A stretch of 63,934 bases of DNA, filler included, from Reclinomonas americana ATCC 50394 (GCA_048213135.1; 15 parts of 15 records of this genome joined end to end with filler, not necessarily neighbours in it), one strand, 5' to 3'. Shown: positions 40,631 to 54,105, counted from the first letter of the whole stretch. The notes: generated by a model not told the origin, from the letters alone. Numbers and translations: made by a program.

Positions 40631-41523
40631 ATGTCCAGCGCCGCTCATCCTCTCCTCCTCCGCAAACACGTGCTTGAGGGTCACACTGCACCGGTGAGAT
40701 CTTTGGCCATCACTCCCGACGGACAGCACGTCATCAGTGGCAGCGATGACATGACTGTGCGAGTGTGGTCTCTCACGAGTGGAGCACAAGTGCGACGGCT
40801 GGAGGGACACACTGGAAGAGTGTGGTCTGTTGCCGTCACTCCCGATGGTCAGTACATTGTGAGCGGAAGTGATGACAACACGATGCGTGTGTGGTCACTG
40901 GCGAATGAAGAGGAAGTGCGACAGTTGAAGGGACACACAAGCGAGGTGCACTCTGTCACCATNNNNNNNNNNNNNNNNNNNNNNNNNNNNNNNNNNNNNN
41001 NNNNNNTTAATTAATTAANNNNNNNNNNNNNNNNNNNNNNNNNNNNNNNNNNNNNNNNNNNNTGCCAGTGTGGTCGCTGGCGAGTGGAGAGATGGTGCGC
41101 GTATTCGAGGAAGAGGCACAGGCTGTGCAGCCTATCACCATCACTCCCGATGGCCAGTACCTTGTCAGTGGTGGCTACGACAGGACAGTACGCGTGTGGT
41201 CGCTGGCGAGTGGCGAAGTGTTGCAACGGTTGGAGAGGCACACTGACTGGGTGTGGTCAGTCGCCGTCGCTCCCGACAGTCAGCAGGTGGTGAGTGGGAG
41301 TGAGGATATGACGGTGCGGGTGTGGTCCACTCCTTGCGGGTCCGCTCGATGTGAGCTTGATGCGGCTCGCACTGCTCTGCTGGCCGTCCAGGAGATGCAG
41401 TACAGGGAGGGTGAGGAGGTGGATTCACGGTGGTTGCCAGAGATGGTGCTGCGGTGTTTCATCGTGGAGGAGGCTGAGGTTGTGGTCTTCCGGTGCCTCA
41501 CGGATCCCCAGCTGCACATGTGA
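40631..41523 (+). CDS. WD40 family gene, cluster 2 copy 4 (interrupted by a spacer; halves may belong to different copies)
   Basis: The 5' part (40631-40962) and 3' part (41063-41523) both match the family. Confidence 0.8.
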
Positions 41524-41790
41524 GCATGGATGCGCCTTGCCTTCATGCGTCGTTCACGATTGTCTGGATCTTTTGTCTTTCTCTCTCTCCCTCTCTCTCT
41601 CTTTGCGTCAATGAATGAACAGTTGTAAGACGTTGACAGCAGGCTCGATCTTGGTTCTCCCCGCCAGCTGCGACTCACTTGAACCAAGGTATTGAACCAA
41701 GGCTTGTGCGCTTCAACGTCGAGAAAAATCCCGCAATCAGAGGACACTACCTCCCGCTCCGTCTCACGCACACGCAATCACCAATCATCC

Positions 41791-42891
41791 ATGTCCAGCG
41801 CCACTCGTCCTCTCCTCCTCTGCAAGCACGTGCTGGAAGGACACTCCGGCTTCGTGTGGTCTGTCGCCATCACTCCCGATGGCCAACACATCGTCAGTGG
41901 CAGTGATGACAAGACAGTGCGAGTGTGGTCACTGGCAAGTGGAGCAGAGGAGCGACGGTTGGAGGGACACACTGAAAGAGTGTGGTCTGTCGCCGTCACT
42001 CCCGATGGCCAGCACATCGTGAGTGGGGGCGGTGATCGAACCGTGCGAGTGTGGTCACTGGCAAGCGGAGAGGAAGTGCGACAGTTGAAGGGACACGCGG
42101 GTGGGGTTGTTACGGTTGCCGTCACTCCCGATGGTCGGTACATCATAAGCGGGAGCAGAGACAAGACAGCGCGAGTGTGGTCGCTGGCGAGCGGAGAAGT
42201 GGTGCGATTGCTAGAGGGTCACACTAATGATGTACGCTCAGTCTCTATTACTCCTGATGGCGTGCACGTTTTGAGCAGCAGTTTGGACATGACTGTGCGC
42301 TTATGGTCGCTGGCAAGTGGCGAAGAGGTGCGACGGTTCGAAGTCGAAGGACACGGGCGGCGTGTGTGTTCCGTCGCTGTCTCGCAAGACAGTCAATTTG
42401 TTGTTTGCGGGAGCGGAGTGTGGTCATTGGCGAGCGGTGAAGAAGTGCGACAGCTGGAGGGACACACTCAGGCGGTAACAACAGTTGCCGTTACATCCGA
42501 TGATCGGCACGTAGTCAGTGGGAGTTCGGACGAGACGGTGCGGGTGTGGTCCTTGGCGAGCGGAGAAGAAGTGGGGCGACTGGAGGGACACACTGGGTGG
42601 GTGTTGTCTGTCGCTGTTTCCCGCGATGGCCAGCACATCGCCAGTGGGAGCGGAGACAAGACTGTGCGGGTGTGGTCGACGCCGTGTGGTCTTGCTCGAT
42701 GTGAGCTCGACGAAGCGCGCTCGGCACTGCACGTTGTCCAGGAGATGCAGCGGCGCAGGGAGGGCGAGGAGGAGGAGGAAGAGGAGGTAGATTCAAGGTG
42801 CCTGCCGGAGATGGTGCTGCGCTGCTTCGTCGTGGAGGAGGCTGAGGTTATGGTGTTCCGGTGCCTCGCTGACACTCAGGTGCACCTGTGA
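41791..42891 (+). CDS. Intronless 7-repeat WD40 protein, cluster 2 copy 5
   Basis: MSSATRPLLLCKHVLEGH...; one repeat has a short in-frame deletion (VVCGSGVWSL); ends TQVHL*. Confidence 0.92.
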   Translation: MSSATRPLLLCKHVLEGHSGFVWSVAITPDGQHIVSGSDDKTVRVWSLASGAEERRLEGHTERVWSVAVTPDGQHIVSGGGDRTVRVWSLASGEEVRQLKGHAGGVVTVAVTPDGRYIISGSRDKTARVWSLASGEVVRLLEGHTNDVRSVSITPDGVHVLSSSLDMTVRLWSLASGEEVRRFEVEGHGRRVCSVAVSQDSQFVVCGSGVWSLASGEEVRQLEGHTQAVTTVAVTSDDRHVVSGSSDETVRVWSLASGEEVGRLEGHTGWVLSVAVSRDGQHIASGSGDKTVRVWSTPCGLARCELDEARSALHVVQEMQRRREGEEEEEEEVDSRCLPEMVLRCFVVEEAEVMVFRCLADTQVHL

Positions 42892-43034
42892 GCTTGTCTG
42901 CGACAAGAGCGGTGCAGGAGGTGTCGCCTGCGTGGTGTACTTGGTCTTGTTGTTGTTATTCTTCCCTAGCCTCTCCGTTTCGCTCTCTCTCTCTCTCTCT
43001 CACTCTCAACAAAGAATGAACTTATAACATCAAC

Positions 43035-43258
43035 TTCATTCACCAACAAACAAGCAACAGCTGTCTTGATGACCAAGTTCAACCATATCCAACATAGACA
43101 CCAATCTTGAGGCAGCAGCAGGTTCCTTGTGTGCGTGTGTTCGCTCTCAGAGCTCCGAACAAGTCGACAACTGCGAAACGTGGTTGGACAGTGGATTTGA
43201 CGCACTTGCATAGACGCACAGCGTTTTCTGCGATCGTACACGGCATATTGAATTCGAG
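43035..43258. repeat. Dispersed ~230-bp repeat, copy 2
   Basis: Homologous to 7658-7893, same orientation. Confidence 0.85.
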
Positions 43259-43683
43259 AAGCTTCTCGTGGCAGTGGAAGCTTCGACGCGAGTGGATCCG
43301 GATCCGGAAGCTTCAACAACGAATCCGTTTTTGCAACTGCAACTAGTGCATAATCGCCGGCATTCCGTGGCATGTCAACTTTTTTCTCGAGCACATGCTC
43401 ACTCGAGGCGGCGTCTACGATGCAGCTCCGAAAGCGCGGGCCCGCAGTCGGACCCAATATCAATGCACTCCGTTCCGATCGCAATCGCCGCTTTGCATTC
43501 GTTTCCCAATCCCATCTTCACATCGCACAGAACACTACTCAAATAGCCTGCACGATCACTTCATCGCGATCACCCGAAGAATCCTCTAAGACAACGCGGT
43601 CACGACAATCCGTCGATCGGGCGTGGTGCATTGTTTGTCACATTGTTGCATCAGTGAGCGAGCGCGCATTCACACTGCCTATC

Positions 43684-44106
43684 ATGGCGTCTGCGTTGCG
43701 TCCTCTTTGCCTCTCTGTCTGTGTGTGTGTGTGCGCGCGCGCGAGTGTGTGTGTCTGTTGCACACGACATGCCTCACTCACTGTCTTTCTTTTCTCTCTC
43801 TCTCTTTCTCTCAGCAATGTCAATGGCGTTGTGACGGTGTTTGTTGTTAATTGCTTCATGTTTGTACTGCTTATGCTGCTCTTCCCGTGCATTCGGCGGT
43901 GTCGGAAACGCGCAATCGCAAAGTGCAATCGAAAGAAGCGTGAGTTGGAGAGGTTGCTCACTCCAGAGGAAGGTAAGAGTCACACACACAGACACAAGAC
44001 TCACACATAAACACGCACGCACACGCATACACGCACGCACTCTAATGTGCTCAATCGCCTTCAATCATTCTGTGACGCATTCGCTCACTGACACACCTGC
44101 TTGTGA

Positions 44107-44142
<36 letters not shown>

Positions 44143-46490
44143 CTCTGCTTGTGTGTACGCGCAGGCTTTCACTGTGACACTCTCGTTCTGTCTCATACGC
44201 CCAATCTCGTCTTCGCTGTCTTCTTCCCGCGTGACTCTCTCCCTCCCTCTCTCTCTCTGCCTCTCTCTNNNNNNNNNNNNNNNNNNNNNNNNNNNNNNNN
44301 NNNNNNNNNNNNTTAATTAATTAANNNNNNNNNNNNNNNNNNNNNNNNNNNNNNNNNNNNNNNNNNNNATCATGACACTAGTGATCCTCTACTCGGTGGT
44401 CTCCTTCCACTGGCTGCCAATGGTGCGCCAGCAAGTGCTGCGCCGCTTCGACTCACCCACCGAATTGGCCGACATTAGTCGCCAAACCGTTCTACTGGAG
44501 GGCCTCCCACGCACGCGCCTCCTCGACGTCAAGGAGATGATTGACGAGGCGCTGGAGTCGGTCTCCAGCCGCATTCTGCACGTGGAGGTGGTGCCGGACC
44601 TCGACAAGTTTATCGACCTGACGACGGCCCGCGAGACCTACTTGAACAATTACGAGTTCTTCACTATTCTCCAGCGGAGACACCCAGATCGCACGTTTGA
44701 CGAGATTGTCGGGTGGTGCCAGTTGCGTGTTGGGATTGATATCCTTTGGGCTGTTGTTGGTGATGCTCACGTGTGTGGCGTGCAGTTGGTTGCCGGCCAT
44801 TGAGTACTACCGCAACAAGCTGCACGACACCGACTCGAAGCTGCACAATGAGCGACACTCGGTGCTGCCAATGTCGCCATTTGGTGTCTGCTGCGGCCGC
44901 GCCTTTGTCATTTTCAACTCGCAAACAACGTCGGAGAAGTGTGTCAAGGTGCGCCATTCCCTCCCACTCTTTCCTACCATTCCCCTCGCTCCTTTGCTCA
45001 CCGTGGGCGTGTTTGCAGGAAAAATCCTCCATCTCGCGCTTCTTGGCCAAGTACCGCGTACGGTACTCGCCGGCACCCGGCGACATTGCCTGGCGCAACA
45101 TGTCCAAGTCGCGCCTGGTGCACATTCTGCTGATGATCATGTGGCGCGTGCTCTTCCTGCTCTTTATCGTGTTCTACTCATCACCGCTGGCCTTTGTGTC
45201 GGCTCTGTCGCCGGTGAGTGTGTGAGGGAATGTGCTTGATTCCTCGTGGCGTTGAGCTGAGTTATTCACGGTGGCTGCGCAGCTTGCCAACACGGACTCG
45301 TTCAGCAAGTGGTTTGCGGGCGTGCAGGAATGGTCACCCCTCGTCGCTAGTCTCATCACACAATACTGTTGCGTCGGTGTTGAGTCATGCGTCTGTCCTC
45401 CCAGAAATCTCACTCGGCCACTGCGCGACAGTCCCGACACTGGTCGCCGTGATCATGAACATCTCCATGCCCATGGTCATTCAGTTCCTCACCAGATACG
45501 AGGGCTACGTGTCGAACATGGACGCCAAGAGGTCGGGCTTGGTGCGCACCTTTGTGTACCTGGTGTTCGCCACGGTCATCATGCCGAGCTTGGCGCTGTC
45601 GACCATCGAGGCGCTCATTGTGACGGCGCAAGAGGGATCGTTCAAGGATGCGTTGAAGGCGGTGAGTGGCGCAGGCTTGCTTTCTTGAAGGTAATGTGCT
45701 TTACCTCACGCCGTCCGCTTGTTTTCTCTCTGTCGTGCAGATGTTTCTTCCTCAATCCGGCGCCTTCTTCGTCAACTACCTGGTCCAAGTGACGTTTGTG
45801 GCCAACGCCATCGATCTGTTGAGACCCGCCGAGACAGGAATTCTCTTCCTGCTCACCTCGCTCTCGGTGACCTTCCGTGACATCAAGAACGCCATTCGAC
45901 CCTTCGAGTTTATCTACATCCACGAGGTGAGGCGCAAGATGGTATTCCATCGCCCACTTCGCGTACTGAATCGAGTTGCATCGGTGCAGTATCCCTACAT
46001 TGTCAACATCTTCTGTCTCGGACTTGTGTACAGGTGCGCCACTCCCTCGTTTCTCCTTTCCTTTCACTATCCTCCTCACTCGTTACCTTTCGACGCACAG
46101 CCTGTTTGTGCCGATCTCAGCCGGTGCGGCATTTGCGTACCTCGTGGTGAAGCACTACGTCGACAAGTTCAACTTTGTCGGGCACTTTGAGCGAGCGGCC
46201 ACCGGCACGGCCACGGCCGTCGCCTCACGGCGCACACTGAAGCGAATCACGCAGTTGGTGATGGCATCGGTGCTGCTCTTCCAGCTCACTGTCGTCGGTG
46301 CGTCAGCAGACGTCTCCTCCTCTTGTCTGCACACGCACACGCAACTCATCTCCCCACGCAGGCTTCCTCTTCTTGAAGGACTACACCGCGCAAGTCTTTG
46401 TGTGCTGCGGCTACCTGTTGGCCACGACCGCCTTTGTCGTGTACTGGAGCGTCGTCATTCGTTGCGTTGTCGCGCACAGCGGAAGAGCAC
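43684..46490 (+). CDS. OSCA/TMEM63/CSC1-family mechanosensitive channel (multi-exon, spans a spacer; 3' end uncertain)
   Basis: N-terminal TM (VFVVNCFMFVLLMLLFPCIRR), RQTVLLEGLP, GRAFVIF, PAPGDIAWRNM, RYEGYVS..RSGLVRTFVYLVF, LPQSGAFFVNYL, IDLLRP, AFAYLVVKHYVDKFNF. Confidence 0.9.
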
Positions 46491-46902
46491 GCAGGCACAG
46501 AGAACGCTTTCTCTCTTACACTCACATTAATACTTAATCCGTCACCCACACTCACTCACACACACACGCACACACACGTTGATAGAGAAAGGGAGACAGC
46601 GCTCGCACACATTGCTTGTTCATCAGCAGCTCACTCAGTCGCTTAATCTTTACGCACTCTCAGTCCGTCACATATGCACACTCTCTAGCTCACGTATACC
46701 ACAGACGCGGTCAAACAGCGCACCTGCCCACTCGCGCACACACACACATGTACACGCACAGAATGGGGCTCTCAGCGCTTACACCCTGAGTTGCTCACTC
46801 GCTCGTTTGACATCGGTCTCTCTCTCATTCTCTCTCTTTCTCCGCGAGCCCTCTCCACTCGCTCTCTCTCTGTCTGTCTGTCTGTCTGTCTCTGTCTCTC
46901 TC

Positions 46903-46944
<42 letters not shown>

Positions 46945-46982
46945 TCTTTTGTCACTTGCTCGCTTACTCACGTGCATTTACA

Positions 46983-47040
<58 letters not shown>

Positions 47041-47231
47041 GAGGAGAGTAGTAGTAGTGTGACGACACCTACTCGTCGTCACTACTCTCTCGTCGTACGT
47101 ACGTACTACGTCCGTCCGTCGTACGACGACGNNNNNNNNNNNNNNNNNNNNNNNNNNNNNNNNNNNNNNNNNNNNTTAATTAATTAANNNNNNNNNNNNN
47201 NNNNNNNNNNNNNNNNNNNNNNNNNNNNNNN

Positions 47232-47775
47232 CCCTGTGGCCCACTCACTCAGCACATGTGGATACACAGACACATTAGGTGCACTGCATAGGCGCGCACC
47301 TCCCATGGACACGACATTGGCATCGTTGTGCTGTCGCGCGAGTGCCGCCGTCAAGTGATCGTGGACAAGCGCACAGCGAATCCCATTGTGCTTATTCGCG
47401 GCAATGCTAATGCCAATGCCGGTGCCGCACACCACAACTCCGATGTCGGCCTCGCCCGAAAGAACCGCCTGACACACCTTCGACGCATAATCCGGGTAAT
47501 CCGCCTGAAAGAAACAATCCCGTCAGTGACGTGTCCAATGTGAGAAGAGCAGATGGGTGCGCGCACGCAACTCGATCAGCAGAGTGAGTGCCCATGTCAA
47601 TGACTTGCACGGGCTTGAGCTCGCCCTCTCCTGCGCCCTCCAGGTACGTCAGAGTGCGCGCATGTTCGGCCAGCTGCTGCTTCAACTCAAATCCGCCGTG
47701 GTCGGCGCCAATCGCCACTCGACCAAACAGCGATGTGGCAATGCGGTGCACGCGAGACGACGAGCTGGAGGCCAT
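47232..47775 (-). CDS. rpiB: Ribose-5-phosphate isomerase B (RpiB/LacAB family), 3' end lost in gap
   Basis: VAIGADHGGFELK, DMGTHS, DYPDYA, VCGTGIGISIAANKHNGIRCAL, ARQHNDANVVSMG; spliceosomal introns are present. Confidence 0.95.
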
Positions 47776-48013
47776 GTCACACTTGAGCAGAAAAAGACGA
47801 AGATCAATGCGTGGAACGTCGCGTCCGACGGCCCTGCTCGCGAACGTTACTGCTAATTGTCACACGCGCGCAAAACAACACAACGAAAATGACCACGCTT
47901 GCGCATCAAGGCCTGGTGGTCGACGTCTCGGTGAGTGCGTGCATGAGGTGCACTGAAAGCTGAGAAGCAATGCTCACTGTTTGTTTGGGGAAAAAAAGGT
48001 GCCCGAGTCGAGA

Positions 48014-48514
48014 ATGAATCGATACTGGGAGGTGTATGCCTCGCACGACGCACAACGCGCCGGCTTCATGCCTGTCAACGCTCTGGCCGACGCACTGATC
48101 GGTGCGTTGGTTGAAACGCCACGTAGCTTCAATCGCGCTGACTGAGACTTGTGTGACGCCAACACAGAGTTGGAGTACAAGGTGGCGCCGACCAAGACAC
48201 CCACCGATCTGCTGCAAGACTTCAACATCTCCACGAGCAAAGGCATCGAATTCACAGAGTTTGTGCGCGTGTGTGAGGAGCTGTTTGCGGCGACGCAGCC
48301 GAGCGAGGACAGTGACTCGTTGGAGGCGTTTGTGGCCATGGGAGGGCGCGCAGACAAGAGCGGCAAGGTTGATGTGGAAACCGTGGCCAAGACGCTGGCG
48401 GTGTTTGGGTTGCGCGTGGATGTGTTCCAGGAGTGGGTCAAGGCCGTCGATAAGCAGCGCACGGGTGAAATTGATTTTCCCACGTTTTGCCGCCTCTTTT
48501 GTGAGACGGCTTGA
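48014..48514 (+). CDS. EF-hand protein resembling outer-arm dynein Ca2+-binding light chain LC4
   Basis: Two exons with a calmodulin-like layout: IEFTEF, EAFVAMGGRADKSGKV (LC4-type signature) and DKQRTGEIDFPTF. Confidence 0.75.
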
Positions 48515-48627
48515 GGTGAGGAGGAGGAGGAGGCAAATGAATGTAGGTGGGTGAATAGGTGTGGTTTCTTTCATTTTATACGCGGGTAGGAGAGAATAGG
48601 AAGGAGGAGGAGGAGAGAGTTTTTTCT

Positions 48628-51600
48628 TTAGTGCAGTTTGGTGATGATGCCCAGGGCGATGGTCTTGCCCTCGTCGCGGATGACGAACCTGTGGGTGGGG
48701 GGAAGTGGTGAGATGATGGTGGGGAAGGGGGAGGGGAAGGGAGAGGGAGGGGAGAAGGGAGACGGAGGGGAGAAGGGAAAGGGGAGGTGAGGAGAAAAGG
48801 CGCTTGGGATGCGAAAAGGATGGGTTGAAGAGCAAGAGTGCTGGTTCTACAGAGAGCGGTAGATTCAAGAGAGGACAGGAAGAAAAGGGCGCTTGAAACT
48901 GAATCACGGCGATGAGAAGAGGAGCAAGAGTGCTGTTTCTACAGTATCAGTAGATATGTGAGAGGAGAGGAGGAAAAGAGAAAGAGCGCATGAAACTGAT
49001 TCGTGGTGACGAGCGGAGGGGAGGAAAGGGCAATGCTTCTACAGTGACGCGAAGACAGAGGTGACGGAAGCTCTCATCAACATGGCGGTTCTCATGCCGA
49101 AGGAATACTCGCGAGACGAGAAAGGTACACGGACAGCAGCTCGGGAAGTGAAAGGAGAGTGCTACGGTGATGGGAAGTTTTGTGAGCAAGGAGGAGATGA
49201 TGGGAACGAGAAGAAAAAGGAGATGTCGAGAGGGGCAGACACGAGAAGGGGAAGAGGGCGAAGGAAACGAGCAGAAACAGCAAAGCAGCAAGTCATGTGT
49301 CTCTTCCCGCCACTACAAAGAGAAAGAGAGAAAGCGAGCACACTCAACTTTGAACATAATCGTTTGCAAGAACAAGACAAAGAGGAAGGAGGAGGAGAAA
49401 CGACGCACTCTCCATCAGCACAGTCACACAAACATACACAGTGTGAGAGTGAGTACACCCAACTCGTCCCCTCCCCTCCCCTCCCCTCCCCTCCCCTCTC
49501 CTCTTCTCCCCTCTCTTCTTCTCTTGTCTCCCTTCCCCACCTCCGCACAAACCTTCCAAGTCGGTCAAACACGCTAAAGGGCTCGATGCACAGCGGGGCC
49601 GTGGTCTGCAGCCTGGCAATGACATTGTCGCCCGTCTTGCAGAACTTTGGCAGCTTCTTGGTGATCTGATTCTTCTTGTCGACCATCGCGTGCAGCTTGA
49701 TGAGCGTGAACTCCTCGACGGCGGCGTGCACGTGCAACACGGCCTGGAAGCCGGCCGAGATGATGCTCTTGTAGTCCAGAATCATGAGGCGTGCGTCGAA
49801 CAGTGTCACGGCCGGTACTGGGTCGTCCACTGCGCACAACACGTTACCGGCGTGCATGTCGTCCGCCTGGCCGGGGAAGAGGGAAAGTGAGCGGGACGGG
49901 GCGGAGAAAAGGAGGGGCGAGGAAAATGAAGACGACGACGAAACATCAATGTTGCGCAACCGCAGCCGCACATTGTCGCCCGGCTCGGCAGCCTCAAACT
50001 TGGTGGTGTCGACGAAAATGTCCTGCACCTCGACCAGTGTGCGCTGAGGCATCACCAGCAGGCGCATGTCGGGCCGGATGGAACCGCACTCCAACTTGCC
50101 AGCCACCACTGTGCCCATGTCCTTGTACTTGTCGAAGATGGTGAACCTGGGGGAAGGGAAAGGGGAATGGGAAAGGAAGGAGGTGGAGAGTGAGAAACTT
50201 TCGCAGGAGCAGGATAGGAGAAGAAAACTTGCGACCTCCAGATCATTTGTGTCTCGAAAATGCGTTTCTATCTCGCTCATGGAAGAACAATTCCTGGCTC
50301 ACGATACCACTCTCATGTCACAGTGCCACGCAGACGAAAGGAGGCAAAATGCATGCAAGCTGATCGGTCACGACATCCTCTCGCTCATGATATTCCATTG
50401 CTGCTTCTATCTCCCCAAACCTCCATTCCTCCCCTCTCACCTCACAGGTCGGTCGTACAGGCGCTCTGGTGGCTTGAGGTCGTCGAGGTACTGGATCAGC
50501 GACGGGCCACTGTGTCACGCACGAGCAGTCAGTCATCAACAACAAACTGAATCACGAATGAGAAGTCTACGAAACTCGTAGTATGCGCGAGCAGGGTGGC
50601 CTTCCGGGTACGGATGCAGCAGGTTGTCGCCTGCACGATGAAAGGGATGAGAGGTTTGATCAACTGCTTGTCACACTTCCACACATGCACGCACCTCGCA
50701 GTCCGCTGATGGGAATAAAGTACACATCCGACGGCGCAAAACCGACTGCAGATACACGAATGTAAGCTTACAGACGAAACCTGCCACACACACACACCTG
50801 TCGCCACTCAACTCTTCTTCAGGAAAGCACCAATGCCCTCCACCACCGAGTTGTAGCGCTCGGCGCTCCACTCCACTGTTGGGTCGTCGAGCTTGTTCAC
50901 CGCCACAATCAGCTTGCGCACACCAGTGGTGCGTGCCAGCACAGCGTGCTCTCTGGTTTGCCCTGAGCGGTCAAAGCCGGCCTCGAACTCACCACGGCGA
51001 GCTGAAATCACCTGCAGGAACAGCAAGAATCAGCAAGCGGAAGGAGGAAGAAGAGAGGAGGAGGAACAAAGTCCGCGCACATTCATCCTCTCATCTACCT
51101 CTCCACGGCAAGTGTCACTTCTCAGAGCTCTGTGATGCATCTAGCAACAACTATCTACTCCTGCACTTCCCCTTCCATTCTCCTCTCGCTCACAGAAGGA
51201 GGCGCTCGCGACCTTCGCACTTGCTTCACAAATCTATGAGTTCTGCCTCCATCACTGGCCTCTGCTGGTTCTCTCTCACACTTATCACAACACTCGGTGA
51301 CGCATCTTGCACGAACAGGCTTCTACCACATCCTTCCCGTGCCACTTCTCTCTCCGCAGAGAACAATATCCCTCAAGGACGTACAGCACGAGTATCTCGC
51401 TTGTATCTTACTCCATCGCCACTCCATCTACCAGTCTCTCGCAGTACAAAGAAGCGTATCTCTCTATTTAACAATCACTCTGCCCTCTCGCAAGAACACA
51501 CGCTTACACCGTGTCTGCCTCCATTGCTNNNNNNNNNNNNNNNNNNNNNNNNNNNNNNNNNNNNNNNNNNNNTTAATTAATTAANNNNNNNNNNNNNNNN

Positions 51601-53214
51601 NNNNNNNNNNNNNNNNNNNNNNNNNNNNACTCCATCTGTCATTCAACTGGCAGTAACTATGAAGCGTATCTCTCTCTCCCCCTCGCTCCCAACAATTTGC
51701 CAAAGATTGCAAAGCGCGAGCACGCTTCTCTGCTCTCTCACAACCAGAAACGCTCAAACTGTGTCTGGCTTCATCGCCACTCCATCTGCAATTCCACCAG
51801 CAAGAGTAGGACGCGTATCTCTCTCTCGCTCTCTCTCTCTCTCTCTCAGACTCGCCAAAGATTGCAACGCTGGAGTACACTTCTCCGCTCTCTCACAACC
51901 AGCAACACTCACACAGTGTCTACCTCCATCGCATTCTCCGAAGAAGCAAAACAGCAGCACTATCAAGCCTCTCTCTCCTCCCCTCCCCTTTCCCCCCTTC
52001 CCCCCCTTTCCCTTCCATCCCTTCTCCTTTCCTCACCAGCACTCCCACATCAGCCTGCGACGCTCCACCAATCATGTGCGACACAAACTGCACGTGACCC
52101 GGCGCATCCAAGATGGTGACACGCTTGTGCTCCGTGTAAAAGTACGCGTAGCCACACTCGTGCGTCTTGCCACGCTCACGCTCCTCCGGATTGGTATCAA
52201 TAGCCCACGCATACATCCATGACTCACGACCCTTGGCCTTGGCATCACGCTCGTACTTTTCCATCGTGCGCTGATCCACCATTCCCGTGAGATACAAAAT
52301 GTGACCCGACGTCGTCGACTTGCCCGCATCCACATGCCCGATGAACACAATGTTCAGCGGCTTCTTGCCCGCATGCAGAGCCTCCTCGGCGGCAGCAGCA
52401 GCCTCGGCCGCGGCAATCTCTGTGTGTGCGCGCGTGCATGTGTGAGCAACCGTGTATGAGCATACATGCACATCCACTCCTCGCACCAGCCGCATCCAAC
52501 TCCGCATCCTCGTCAATCACCGCCGCACCGCTGCCCGACCCGGAACCGCCGTACAACAGCTCCTCCTCCAGCACGGCCTGTGCTCGCCAAGAACAGAGTG
52601 AGCACTCGACGGCGGGAGTGAATCAATCTGCGAATGAGTGGCTGACCTCGGGAACCACTGCCTGCGGCGTGACCTGCAAGTTGCTGCGCATCTTGTCGGC
52701 CAACTCCGCCAGCAGCTCATCCTCGGTGGTGTCGTCGGGCTCCGCCGCCAGCGCAGCCTCCACAACAGAAGGAACAACAGGTGCTGCTGCTGCGGGTGCC
52801 ACTGGCGCTGGAGCTGGTGCTGGCACTGGCGCAGGTGCTGGTGCTGGTGCAGGTGCAGGCGGTGCAGCACTGGCAGCAGCAGGAGCAGGAGCCGCAGCAG
52901 CCGCAGCCGGACCTGAGACAGCGTCACTAGTGTAAGGACATGTCGCACTGCCGCACTCGCGCACACGCCGAGAATCATCGCGCATCGAGCACAGCGACAC
53001 ACACAAGCACACGCGCAAGATCACACAGAGATAGAAAGACAGACAGACAGAGAGAAGCAGCAGAGGCAGAGGCACAAGACGGTCATCAGCGGCCATGTGC
53101 ACATGCACAACCAACTAAACACGCATCTCTCAACAGTGCGCGCGTGTGTGAGCCAAAGTGAGAAGAGACGCAACGACGCGGCGGCATGAAGAAGGGAACC
53201 GCGTTGGGATCCAT
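48628..53214 (-). CDS. eRF3: Eukaryotic peptide chain release factor 3 (eRF3/Sup35/GSPT), multi-exon, spans a spacer
   Basis: LNIVFIGHVDAGKST, GMVDQRTMEKYERDAK..RESW, ILDAPGH, VISARRGEFEAGF, NKLDDPTVEWS, DKYKDMGTVV, LGRFVIRDEGKTIALG. N-terminal PAM2-like MDPNAVPF followed by an Ala/Pro-rich linker. Confidence 0.95.
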
Positions 53215-53611
53215 GGCTCACAGATACAAAGAGAAAATGAAACGAGATGAAAGTGCCAAATCAGTGTTTTCCATCCTCGCTCGCGCTCTTGTGACAACTC
53301 ACGACTGTGACTACTCTGATGAACGAGGCACAAGGGCCAAACAACTGGTCAGCACCTTCTCCTCTGTCTCTCTTTTCTACTCCGTCTCTCTCACTATACA
53401 GTCTCTTTTATGCACAGGCGATGTTGGTTTGCGCCTCGGAGTATTCTTCTCTCGGCGTGGTTCACCATTGTGAAGCCGAGTTACGCTCATTCTTGTGTAA
53501 GCCTTGAAGTGTATCTGTGTGTGTGTCTCATAGGTGTGAGGCAGAGTAGGCTTGTCAACGTGGTGGATGCGATCGCCCTTTTGCGGACCGATGAATGCAC
53601 TTGTCATGGTG

Positions 53612-53702
<91 letters not shown>

Positions 53703-53738
53703 ACCTACCTCCTCCTCCTCCTCTCTCTCTCGTCTCTC

Positions 53739-53769
<31 letters not shown>

Positions 53770-53776
53770 CGTCCGT

Positions 53777-53812
<36 letters not shown>

Positions 53813-53967
53813 GTTCGGTTCGTCGTCGTCGGTCGGTCGTCGTCGNNNNNNNNNNNNNNNNNNNNNNNNNNNNNNNNNNNNNNNNNNNNTTAATTAATTA
53901 ANNNNNNNNNNNNNNNNNNNNNNNNNNNNNNNNNNNNNNNNNNNNACGTCTCTAGTGTACGACGCGA

Positions 53968-54059
<92 letters not shown>

Positions 54060-54105
54060 CTTCCTCTCCCCCCTCTCTCTTCTTGTGCCTCATCTCCTGT
54101 TGCAG

